Assembly (NCBI GenBank): GCA_964057225.1 | Contig: OZ059894.1 | Coordinates: 4,898,001-4,962,000, forward strand | Origin: Auanema rhodensis | Taxonomy: Eukaryota > Animalia > Nematoda | DNA: 64,000 nt | Direction: 5' to 3' | In this document: positions 26,001-38,500 of the stretch, in pieces | Layout of the letters: each line of letters starts with the position of its first letter | How positions within the stretch are numbered: the first letter of the stretch is position 1 | The notes under the pieces: generated by a model | What the model was told of the DNA's origin: nothing | The model's database searches: none | The model's input: the letters and a program-made list of their open reading frames with translations, nothing else | Made by a program: the position numbers and the translations under genes

Positions 26001-29000
26001 TTATTTTGAAATTTTTCGAAAAAATTTTTGTCAAAATGTTTTTGGAAGCAATGTTGAGTGTACATGGAAACTCAACATACACTAATGCATCATTTTTCAA
26101 ACGATCATAACTAATTTTTATATTAAGCGTTTCTCAATGTAGTATAGTGCATTCGATGCGGATTTTTAAGCTGCGTCGATCTGTGTTATCAGATTTGCGC
26201 TAGCTTAAAAATGCACCGAGATATCAACTGATATAAGTTCACACTTATATCCTCGATTTTCACCCTGAAGAATTAATTTTTTCGTTGAATAACATTGTCC
26301 ATCGTCTTTGCCTTGAAAAAAGGATTCTAAAAACATCTACTTTTTGCTAAATTATTTTGAAATTTTTCGAAAAAATTTTTGTCAAAATGTTTTTGGAAGC
26401 AGTGTTGAGTGTACATGGAAACTCAACATACACTAATGCATCATTTTTCAAACGATCATAACTAATTTTTGTATTAAGCTTCTCTCAATGTAGTATAGTG
26501 CATTCGATGCGGATTTTTAAGCTGCGTCGATCTGTGTTATCAGATTTGCGCTAGCTTAAAAATGCACCGAGATATCAACTGATATAAGTTCACACTTATA
26601 TCCTCGATTTTCACCCTGAAGAATTAATTTTTTCGTTGAATAACATTGTCTATCGTCTTTGCGTTGAAAAATGGAATCTAAAAACATCTACTTTTTGCTA
26701 AATTATTTTGAAATTTTTCGAAAAAATTTTTGTCAAAATGTTTTTGGAAGCAATGTTGAGTGTACATGGAAACTCAACATACACTAATGCATCATTTTTC
26801 AAACGATCATAACTAATTTTTATATTAAGCGTTTCTCAATGTAGTATAGTGCATTCGATGCGGATTTTTAAGCTGCGTCGATCTGTGTTATCAGATTTGC
26901 GCTAGCTTAAAAATGCACCGAGATATCAACTGATATAAGTTCACACTTATATCCTCGATTTTCACACTGAAGAATTAATTTTTTCGTTGAATAACATTGT
27001 CTATCGTCTTTGCCTTGAAAAATGGAATCTAAAAACATCTACTTTTTGCTAAATTATTTTGAAATTTTTCGAAAAAATTTTTGTCAAAATGTTTTTGGAA
27101 GCAATGTTGAGTGTACATGGAAACTCAACATACACTAATGCATCATTTTTCAAACGATCATAACTAATTTTTATATTAAGCGTTTCTCAATGTAGTATAG
27201 TGCATTCGATGCGGATTTTTAAGCTGCGTCGATCTGTGTTATCAGATTTGCGCTAGCTTAAAAATGCACCGAGATATCAACTGATATAAGTTCACACTTA
27301 TATCCTCGATTTTCACCCTGAAGAATTAATTTTTTCGTTGAATAACATTGTCTATCGTTTTTGCCTTGAAAAATGGAATCTAAAAACATCTACTTTTTGC
27401 TAAATTATTTTGAAATTTTTCGAAAAAATTTTTGTCAAAATGTTTTTGGAAGCAATGTTGAGTGTACATGGAAACTCAACATACACTAATGCATCATTTT
27501 TCAAACGATCATAACTAATTTTTATATTAAGCGTTTCTCAATGTAGTATAGTGCATTCGATGCGGATTTTTAAGCTGCGTCGATCTGTGTTATCAGATTT
27601 GCGCTAGCTTAAAAATGCACCGAGATATCAACTGATATAAGTTCACACTTATATCCTCGATTTTCACCCTGAAGAATTAATTTTTTCGTTGAATAACATT
27701 GTCTATCGTCTTTGCCTTGAAAAATGGAATCTAAAAACATCTACTTTTTGCTAAATTATTTTGAAATTTTTCGAAAAAATTTTTGTCAAAATGTTTTTGG
27801 AAGCAATGTTGAGTGTACATGGAAACTCAACATACACTAATGCATCATTTTTCAAACGATCATAACTAATTTTTGTATTAAGCTTCTCTCAATGTAGTAT
27901 AGTGCATTCGATGCGGATTTTTAAGCTGCGTCGATCTGTGTTATCAGATTTGCGCTAGCTTAAAAATGCACCGAGATATCAACTGATATAAGTTCACACT
28001 TATATCCTCGATTTTCACCCTGAAGAATTAATTTTTTCGTTGAATAACATTGTCTATCGTCTTTGCGTTGAAAAATGGAATCTAAAAACATCTACTTTTT
28101 GCTAAATTATTTTGAAATTTTTCGAAAAAATTTTTGTCAAAATGTTTTTGGAAGCAATGTTGAGTGTACATGGAAACTCAACATACACTAATGCATCATT
28201 TTTCAAACGATCATAACTAATTTTTATATTAAGCGTTTCTCAATGTAGTATAGTGCATTCGATGCGGATTTTTAAGCTGCGTCGATCTGTGTTATCAGAT
28301 TTGCGCTAGCTTAAAAATGCACCGAGATATCAACTGATATAAGTTCACACTTATATCCTCGATTTTCACACTGAAGAATTAATTTTTTCGTTGAATAACA
28401 TTGTCTATCGTCTTTGCCTTGAAAAATGGAATCTAAAAACATCTACTTTTTGCTAAATTATTTTGAAATTTTTCGAAAAAATTTTTGTCAAAATGTTTTT
28501 GGAAGCAATGTTGAGTGTACATGGAAACTCAACATACACTAATGCATCATTTTTCAAACGATCATAACTAATTTTTATATTAAGCGTTTCTCAATGTAGT
28601 ATAGTGCATTCGATGCGGATTTTTAAGCTGCGTCGATCTGTGTTATCAGATTTGCGCTAGCTTAAAAATGCACCGAGATATCAACTGATATAAGTTCACA
28701 CTTATATCCTCGATTTTCACCCTGAAGAATTAATTTTTTTGTTGAATAACATTGTCTATCGTCTTTGCCTTGAAAAATGGAATTTAAAAACATCTACTTT
28801 TTGCTAAATTATTTTGAAATTTTTCGAAAAAATTTTTGTCAAAATGTTTTTGGAAGCAATGTTGAGTGTACATGGAAACTCAACATACACTAATGCATCA
28901 TTTTTCAAACGATCATAACTAATTTTTATATTAAGCGTTTCTCAATGTAGTATAGTGCATTCGATGCGGATTTTTAAGCTGCGTCGATCTGTGTTATCAG

Positions 29001-29550
29001 ATTTGCGCTAGCTTAAAAATGCACCGAGATATCAACTGATATAAGTTCACACTTATATCCTCGATTTTCACACTGAAGAATTAATTTTTTCGTTGAATAA
29101 CATTGTCTATCGTCTTTGCCTTGAAAAATGGAATCTAAAAACATCTACTTTTTGCTAAATTATTTTGAAATTTTTCGAAAAAATTTTTGTCAAAATGTTT
29201 TTGGAAGCAATGTTGAGTGTACATGGAAACTCAACATACACTAATGCATCATTTTTCAAACGATCATAACTAATTTTTATATTAAGCGTTTCTCAATGTA
29301 GTATAGTGCATTCGATGCGGATTTTTAAGCTGCGTCGATCTGTGTTATCAGATTTGCGCTAGCTTAAAAATGCACCGAGATATCAACTGATATAAGTTCA
29401 CACTTATATCCTCGATTTTCACCCTGAAGAATTAATTTTTTTGTTGAATAACATTGTCTATCGTCTTTGCCTTGAAAAATGGAATTTAAAAACATCTACT
29501 TTTTGCTAAATTATTTTGAAATTTTTCGAAAAAATTTTTGTCAAAATGTT
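17100..29550. repeat. Satellite subfamily domain B (351-bp, highly homogeneous)
   Basis: Dominant alleles: AAAATGGAATCT, GTCTATCG, TTTATATTAAGCGTTTCTC, TTCACACTGAAG. A-type interruptions occur near 23,770-24,030, 25,600-25,780 and 26,300-26,480. Confidence 0.85.
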
Positions 29551-32500
29551 TTTGGAAGCAATGTTGAGTGTACATGGAAACTCAACATACACTAATGCAT
29601 CATTTTTCAAACGATCATAACTAATTTTTGTATTAAGCGTTCCTCAATGTAGTATAGTGCATTCGATGCGGATTTTTAAGCTGCGTCGATCTGTGTTATC
29701 AGATTTGCGCTAGCTTGAAAATGCACCGAGATATCAACTGATATAAGTTCACACTTATATCCTTGATTTTCACCCTGGAGAATTAATTTTTTCGTTGAAT
29801 AACATTGTCCATCGTCTTTGCCTTGAAAAAAGGAATCTAAAAACATCTACTTTTTGCTAAATTATTTTGAAATTTTTCGAAAAAATTTTTGTCAAAATGT
29901 TTTTGGAAGCTATGTTGAGTGTACATGGAAACTCAACATACACTAATGCATTATTTTTCAAACGATCATAACTAATTTTTGTATTAAGCGTTCCTCAATG
30001 TAGTATAGTGCATTCGATGCGGATTTTTAAGCTGCGTCGATCTGTGTTATCAGATTTGCGCTAGCTTAAAAATGCACCGAGATATCAACTGATATAAGTT
30101 CACACTTATATCCTCGATTTTCACCCTGAAGAATTAATTTTTTCGTTGAATAACATTGTCCATCGTCTTTGCCTTGAAAAAAGAAATCTAAAAACATCTA
30201 CTTTCTGCTAAATTATTTTGAAATTTTTCGAAAAAATTTTTGTCAAAATGTTTTTGGAAGCAATGTTGAGTGTACATGGAAACTCAACATACACTAATGC
30301 ATCATTTTTCAAACGATCATAACTAATTTTTGTATTAAGCGTTTCTCAAAGTAGTATAGTGCATTCGATGCGGATTTTCAAGCTGCGTCGATCTGTGTTA
30401 TCAGATTTGCGCTAGCTTAAAAATGCACCGAGATATCAACTGATATAAGTTCACACTTATATCCTCGATTTTCACCCTGAAGAATTAATTTTTTCGTTGA
30501 ATAACATTGTCCATCGTCTTTGCCTTGAAAAAAGGAATCTAAAAACATCTACTTTCTGCTAAATTATTTTGAAATTTTTCGAAAAAATTTTTGTCAAAAT
30601 GTTTTTGGAAGCAATGTTGAGTGTACATGGAAACTCAACATACACTAATGCATCATTTTTCAAACGATCATAACTAATTTTTGTATTAAGCGTTTCTCGA
30701 AGTAGTGTAGTGCATTCGATGCGGATTTTCAAGCTGCGTCGATCTGTGTTATCAGATTTGCGCTAGCTTAAAAATGCACCGAGATATCAACTGATATAAG
30801 TTCACACTTATATCCTTGATTTTCACCCTGGAGAATTAATTTTTTCGTTGAATAACATTGTCCATCGTCTTTGCCTTGAAAAAAGGAATCTAAAAACATC
30901 TACTTTTTGCTAAATTATTTTGAAATTTTTCGAAAAAATTTTTGTCAAAATGTTTTTGGAAGCTATGTTGAGTGTACATGGAAACTCAACATACACTAAT
31001 GCATCATTTTTCAAACGATCATAACTAATTTTTGTATTAAGCGTTTCTCAAAGTAGTATAGTGCATTCGATGCGGATTTCCAAGCTGCGTCGATCTGTGT
31101 TATCAGATTTGCGCTAGCTTAAAAATGCACCGAGATATCAACTGATATAAGTTCACACTTATATCCTCGATATTCACCCTGAAGAATTAATTTTTTCGTT
31201 GAATAACATTGTCCATCGTCTTTGCCTTGAAAAAAGGAATCTAAAAACATCTACTTTTTGCTAAATTATTTTGAAATTTTTCGAAAAAATTTTTGTCAAA
31301 ATGTTTTTGGAAGCTATGTTGAGTGTACATGGAAACTCAACATACACTAATGCATTATTTTTCAAACGATCATAACTAATTTTTGTATTAAGCGTTCCTC
31401 AATGTAGTATAGTGCATTCGATGCGGATTTTTAAGCTGCGTCGATCTGTGTTATCAGATTTGCGCTAGCTTAAAAATGCACCGAGATATCAACTGATATA
31501 AGTTCACACTTATATCCTTGATTTTCACCCTGGAGAATTAATTTTTTCGTTGAATAACATTGTCCATCGTCTTTGCCTTGAAAAAAGGAATCTAAAAACA
31601 TCTACTTTTTGCTAAATTATTTTGAAATTTTTCGAAAAAATTTTTGTCAAAATGTTTTTGGAAGCTATGTTGAGTGTACATGGAAACTCAACATACACTA
31701 ATGCATCATTTTTCAAACGATCATAACTAATTTTTGTATTAAGCGTTTCTCAAAGTAGTATAGTGCATTCGATGCGGATTTTCAAGTTGCGTCGATCTGT
31801 GTTATCAGATTTGCGCTAGCTTAAAAATGCACCGAGATATCAACTGATATAAGTTCACACTTATATCCTCGATTTTCACCCTGAAGAATTAATTTTTTCG
31901 TTGAATAACATTGTCGATCGTCTTTGTCTTGAAAAAAGGAATCTAAAAACATCTACTTTTTGCTAAATTATTTTGAAATTTTTCGAAAAAATTTTTGTCA
32001 AAATGTTTTTGGAAGCTATGTTGAGTGTACATGGAAACTCAACATACACTAATGCATTATTTTTCAAACGATCATAACTAATTTTTGTATTAAGCGTTCC
32101 TCAATGTAGTATAGTGCATTCGATGCGGATTTTTAAGCTGCGTCGATCTGTGTTATCAGATTTGCGCTAGCTTAAAAATGCACCGAGATATCAACTGATA
32201 TAAGTTCACACTTATATCCTTGATTTTCACCCTGGAGAATTAATTTTTTCGTTGAATAACATTGTCCATCGTCTTTGCCTTGAAAAAAGGAATCTAAAAA
32301 CATCTACTTTTTGCTAAATTATTTTGAAATTTTTCGAAAAAATTTTTGTCAAAATGTTTTTGGAAGCTATGTTGAGTGTACATGGAAACTCAACATACAC
32401 TAATGCATCATTTTTCAAACGATCATAACTAATTTTTGTATTAAGCGTTTCTCAAAGTAGTATAGTGCATTCGATGCGGATTTTCAAGTTGCGTCGATCT

Positions 32501-35500
32501 GTGTTATCAGATTTGCGCTAGCTTAAAAATGCACCGAGATATCAACTGATATAAGTTCACACTTATATCCTCGATTTTCACCCTGAAGAATTAATTTTTT
32601 CGTTGAATAACATTGTCGATCGTCTTTGTCTTGAAAAAAGGAATCTAAAAACATCTACTTTTTGCTAAATTATTTTGAAATTTTTCGAAAAAATTTTTGT
32701 CAAAATGTTTTTGGAAGCTATGTTGAGTGTACATGGAAACTCAACATACACTAATGCATTATTTTTCAAACGATCATAACTAATTTTTGTATTAAGCGTT
32801 CCTCAATGTAGTATAGTGCATTCGATGCGGATTTTTAAGCTGCGTCGATCTGTGTTATCAGATTTGCGCTAGCTTAAAAATGCACCGAGATATCAACTGA
32901 TATAAGTTCACACTTATATCCTTGATTTTCACCCTGGAGAATTAATTTTTTCGTTGAATAACATTGTCCATCGTCTTTGCCTTGAAAAAAGGAATCTAAA
33001 AACATCTACTTTTTGCTAAATTATTTTGAAATTTTTCGAAAAAATTTTTGTCAAAATGTTTTTGGAAGCAATGTTGAGTGTGCATGGAAACTCAACATAC
33101 ACTAATGCATCATTTTTCAAACGATCATAACTAATTTTTGTATTAAGCGTTCCTCAATGTAGTATAGTGCATTCGATGCGGATTTTTAAGCTGCGTCGAT
33201 CTGTGTTATCAGATTTGCGCTAGCTTAAAAATGCACCGAGATATCAACTGATATAAGTTCACACTTATATCCTCGATTTTCACCCTGAAGAATTAATTTT
33301 TTCGTTGAATAACATTGTCCATCGTCTTTGCCTTGAAAAAAGGAATCTAAAAACATCTACTTTTTGCTAAATTATTTTGAAATTTTTCGAAAAAATTTTT
33401 GTCAAAATGTTTTTGGAAGCTATGTTGAGTGTACATGGAAACTCAACATACACTAATGCATCATTTTTCAAACGATCATAACTAATTTTTGTATTAAGCG
33501 TTTCTCAAAGTAGTATAGTGCATTCGATGCGGATTTTCAAGTTGCGTCGATCTGTGTTATCAGATTTGCGCTAGCTTAAAAATGCACCGAGATATCAACT
33601 GATATAAGTTCACACTTATATCCTCGATTTTCACCCTGAAGAATTAATTTTTTCGTTGAATAACATTGTCCATCGTCTTTGCCTTGAAAAAAGGAATCTA
33701 AAAACATCTACTTTTTGCTAAATTATTTTGAAATTTTTCCAAATAATTTTTGTCAAAATGTTTTTGGAAGCTATGTTGAGTGTACATGGAAACTCAACAT
33801 ACACTAATGCATCATTTTTCAAACGATCATAACTAATTTTTGTATTAAGCGTTTCTCAAAGTAGTATAGTGCATTCGATGCGGATTTCCAAGCTGCGTCG
33901 ATCTGTGTTATCAGATTTGCGCTAGCTTAAAAATGCACCGAGATATCAACTGATATAAGTTCACACTTATATCCTCCATTTTCACCCTGAAGAATTAATT
34001 TTTTCGTTGAATAACATCGTCCATCGTCTTTGCCTTGAAAAAAGGAATCTAAAAACATCTACTTTTTGCTAAATTATTTTGAAATTTTTCGAAAAAATTT
34101 TTGTCAAAATGTTTTTGGAAGCTATGTTGAGTGTACATGGAAACTCAACATACACTTATGCATCATTTTTCAAACGATCATAACTAATTTTTGTATTAAG
34201 CGTTCCTCAATGTAGTATAGTGCATTCGATGCGGATTTTTAAGCTGCGTCGATCTGTGTTATCAGATTTGCGCTAGCTTAAAAATGCACCGAGATATCAA
34301 CTGATATAAGTTCACACTTATATCCTTGATTTTCACCCTGGAGAATTAATTTTTTCGTTGAATAACATTGTCCATCGTCTTTGCCTTGAAAAAAGGAATC
34401 TAAAAACATCTACTTTTTGCTAAATTATTTTGAAATTTTTCGAAAAAATTTTTGTCAAAATGTTTTTGGAAGCTATGTTGAGTGTACATGGAAACTCAAC
34501 ATACACTAATGCATCATTTTTCAATTGATCATAACTAATTTTTGTATTAAGCGTTTCTCAAAGTAGTATAGTGCATTCGATGCGGATTTTCAAGTTGCGT
34601 CGATCTGTGTTATCAGATTTGCGCTAGCTTAAAAATGCACCGAGATATCAACTGATATAAGTTCACACTTATATCCTCGATTTTCACCCTGAAGAATTAA
34701 TTTTTTCGTTGAATAACATTGTCCATCGTCTTTGCCTTGAAAAAAGGAATCTAAAAACATCTACTTTTTGCTAAATTATTTTGAAATTTTTCCAAATAAT
34801 TTTTGTCAAAATGTTTTTGGAAGCTATGTTGAGTGTACATGGAAACTCAACATACACTAATGCATCATTTTTCAAACGATCATAACTAATTTTTGTATTA
34901 AGCGTTTCTCAAAGTAGTATAGTGCATTCGATGCGGATTTCCAAGCTGCGTCGATCTGTGTTATCAGATTTGCGCTAGCTTAAAAATGCACCGAGATATC
35001 AACTGATATAAGTTCACACTTATATCCTCCATTTTCACCCTGAAGAATTAATTTTTTCGTTGAATAACATCGTCCATCGTCTTTGCCTTGAAAAAAGGAA
35101 TCTAAAAACATCTACTTTTTGCTAAATTATTTTGAAATTTTTCGAAAAAATTTTTGTCAAAATGTTTTTGGAAGCTATGTTGAGTGTACATGGAAACTCA
35201 ACATACACTTATGCATCATTTTTCAAACGATCATAACTAATTTTTGTATTAAGCGTTCCTCAATGTAGTATAGTGCATTCGATGCGGATTTTTAAGCTGC
35301 GTCGATCTGTGTTATCAGATTTGCGCTAGCTTAAAAATGCACCGAGATATCAACTGATATAAGTTCACACTTATATCCTTGATTTTCACCCTGGAGAATT
35401 AATTTTTTCGTTGAATAACATTGTCCATCGTCTTTGCCTTGAAAAAAGGAATCTAAAAACATCTACTTTTTGCTAAATTATTTTGAAATTTTTCGAAAAA

Positions 35501-38500
35501 ATTTTTGTCAAAATGTTTTTGGAAGCTATGTTGAGTGTACATGGAAACTCAACATACACTAATGCATTATTTTTCAAACGATCATAACTAATTTTTGTAT
35601 TAAGCGTTCCTCAATGTAGTATAGTGCATTCGATGCGGATTTTTAAGCTGCGTCGATCTGTGTTATCAGATTTGCGCTAGCTTAAAAATGCACCGAGATA
35701 TCAACTGATATAAGTTCACACTTATATCCTTGATTTTCACCCTGGAGAATTAATTTTTTCGTTGAATAACATTGTCCATCGTCTTTGCCTTGAAAAAAGG
35801 AATCTAAAAACATCTACTTTTTGCTAAATTATTTTGAAATTTTTCGAAAAAATTTTTGTCAAAATGTTTTTGGAAGCAATGTTGAGTGTACATGGAAACT
35901 CAACATACACTAATGCATCATTTTTCAAACGATCATAACTAATTTTTGTATTAAGCGTTCCTCAATGTAGTATAGTGCATTCGATGCGGATTTTTAAGCT
36001 GCGTCGATCTGTGTTATCAGATTTGCGCTAGCTTAAAAATGCACCGAGATATCAACTGATATAAGTTCACACTTATATCCTCGATTTTCACCCTGAAGAA
36101 TTAATTTTTTCGTTGAATAACATTGTCCATCGTCTTTGCCTTGAAAAAAGGAATCTAAAAACATCTACTTTTTGCTAAATTATTTTGAAATTTTTCGAAA
36201 AAATTTTTGTCAAAATGTTTTTGGAAGCTATGTTGAGTGTACATGGAAACTCAACATACACTAATGCATCATTTTTCAAACGATCATAACTAATTTTTGT
36301 ATTAAGCGTTTCTCAAAGTAGTATAGTGCATTCGATGCGGATTTTCAAGTTGCGTCGATCTGTGTTATCAGATTTGCGCTAGCTTAAAAATGCACCGAGA
36401 TATCAACTGATATAAGTTCACACTTATATCCTCGATTTTCACCCTGAAGAATTAATTTTTTCGTTGAATAACATTGTCGATCGTCTTTGTCTTGAAAAAA
36501 GGAATCTAAAAACATCTACTTTTTGCTAAATTATTTTGAAATTTTTCGAAAAAATTTTTGTCAAAATGTTTTTGGAAGCTATGTTGAGTGTACATGGAAA
36601 CTCAACATACACTAATGCATTATTTTTCAAACGATCATAACTAATTTTTGTATTAAGCGTTCCTTAATGTAGTATAGTGCATTCGATGCGGATTTTTAAG
36701 CTGCGTCGATCTGTGTTATCAGATTTGCGCTAGCTTAAAAATGCACCGAGATATCAACTGATATAAGTTCACACTTATATCCTTGATTTTCACCCTGGAG
36801 AATTAATTTTTTCGTTGAATAACATTGTCCATCGTCTTTGCCTTGAAAAAAGGAATCTAAAAACATCTACTTTTTGCTAAATTATTTTGAAATTTTTCGA
36901 AAAAATTTTTGTCAAAATGTTTTTGGAAGCAATGTTGAGTGTACATGGAAACTCAACATACACTAATGCATCATTTTTCAAACGATCATAACTAATTTTT
37001 GTATTAAGCGTTCCTCAATGTAGTATAGTGCATTCGATGCGGATTTTTAAGCTGCGTCGATCTGTGTTCTCAGATTTGCGCTAGCTTGAAAATGCACCGA
37101 GATATCAACTGATATAAGTTCACACTTATATCCTCGATTTTCACCCTGAAGAATTAATTTTTTCGTTGAATAACATTGTCCATCGTCTTTGCCTTGAAAA
37201 AAGGAATCTAAAAACATCTACTTTTTGCTAAATTATTTTGAAATTTTTCGAAAAAATTTTTGTCAAAATGTTTTTGGAAGCTATGTTGAGTGTACATGGA
37301 AACTCAACATACACTTATGCATCATTTTTCAAACGATCATAACTAATTTTTGTATTAAGCGTTCCTCAATGTAGTATAGTGCATTCGATGCGGATTTTTA
37401 AGCTGCGTCGATCTGTGTTATCAGATTTGCGCTAGCTTAAAAATGCACCGAGATATCAACTGATATAAGTTCACACTTATATCCTTGATTTTCACCCTGG
37501 AGAATTAATTTTTTCGTTGAATAACATTGTCCATCGTCTTTGCCTTGAAAAAAGGAATCTAAAAACATCTACTTTTTGCTAAATTATTTTGAAATTTTTC
37601 GAAAAAATTTTTGTCAAAATGTTTTTGGAAGCTATGTTGAGTGTACATGGAAACTCAACATACACTAATGCATCATTTTTCAATTGATCATAACTAATTT
37701 TTGTATTAAGCGTTTCTCAAAGTAGTATAGTGCATTCGATGCGGATTTTCAAGTTGCGTCGATCTGTGTTATCAGATTTGCGCTAGCTTAAAAATGCACC
37801 GAGATATCAACTGATATAAGTTCACACTTATATCCTCGATTTTCACCCTGAAGAATTAATTTTTTCGTTGAATAACATTGTCCATCGTCTTTGCCTTGAA
37901 AAAAGGATTCTAAAAACATCTACTTTTTGCTAAATTATTTTGAAATTTTTCGAAAAAATTTTTGTCAAAATGTTTTTGGAAGCTATGTTGAGTGTACATG
38001 GAAACTCAACATACACTTATGCATCATTTTTCAAACGATCATAACTAATTTTTGTATTAAGCGTTCCTCAATGTAGTATAGTGCATTCGATGCGGATTTT
38101 TAAGCTGCGTCGATCTGTGTTATCAGATTTGCGCTAGCTTAAAAATGCACCGAGATATCAACTGATATAAGTTCACACTTATATCCTTGATTTTCACCCT
38201 GGAGAATTAATTTTTTCGTTGAATAACATTGTCCATCGTCTTTGCCTTGAAAAAAGGAATCTAAAAACATCTACTTTTTGCTAAATTATTTTGAAATTTT
38301 TCGAAAAAATTTTTGTCAAAATGTTTTTGGAAGCTATGTTGAGTGTACATGGAAACTCAACATACACTTATGCATCATTTTTCAAACGATCATAACTAAT
38401 TTTTGTATTAAGCGTTCCTCAATGTAGTATAGTGCATTCGATGCGGATTTTTAAGCTGCGTCGATCTGTGTTATCAGATTTGCGCTAGCTTAAAAATGCA

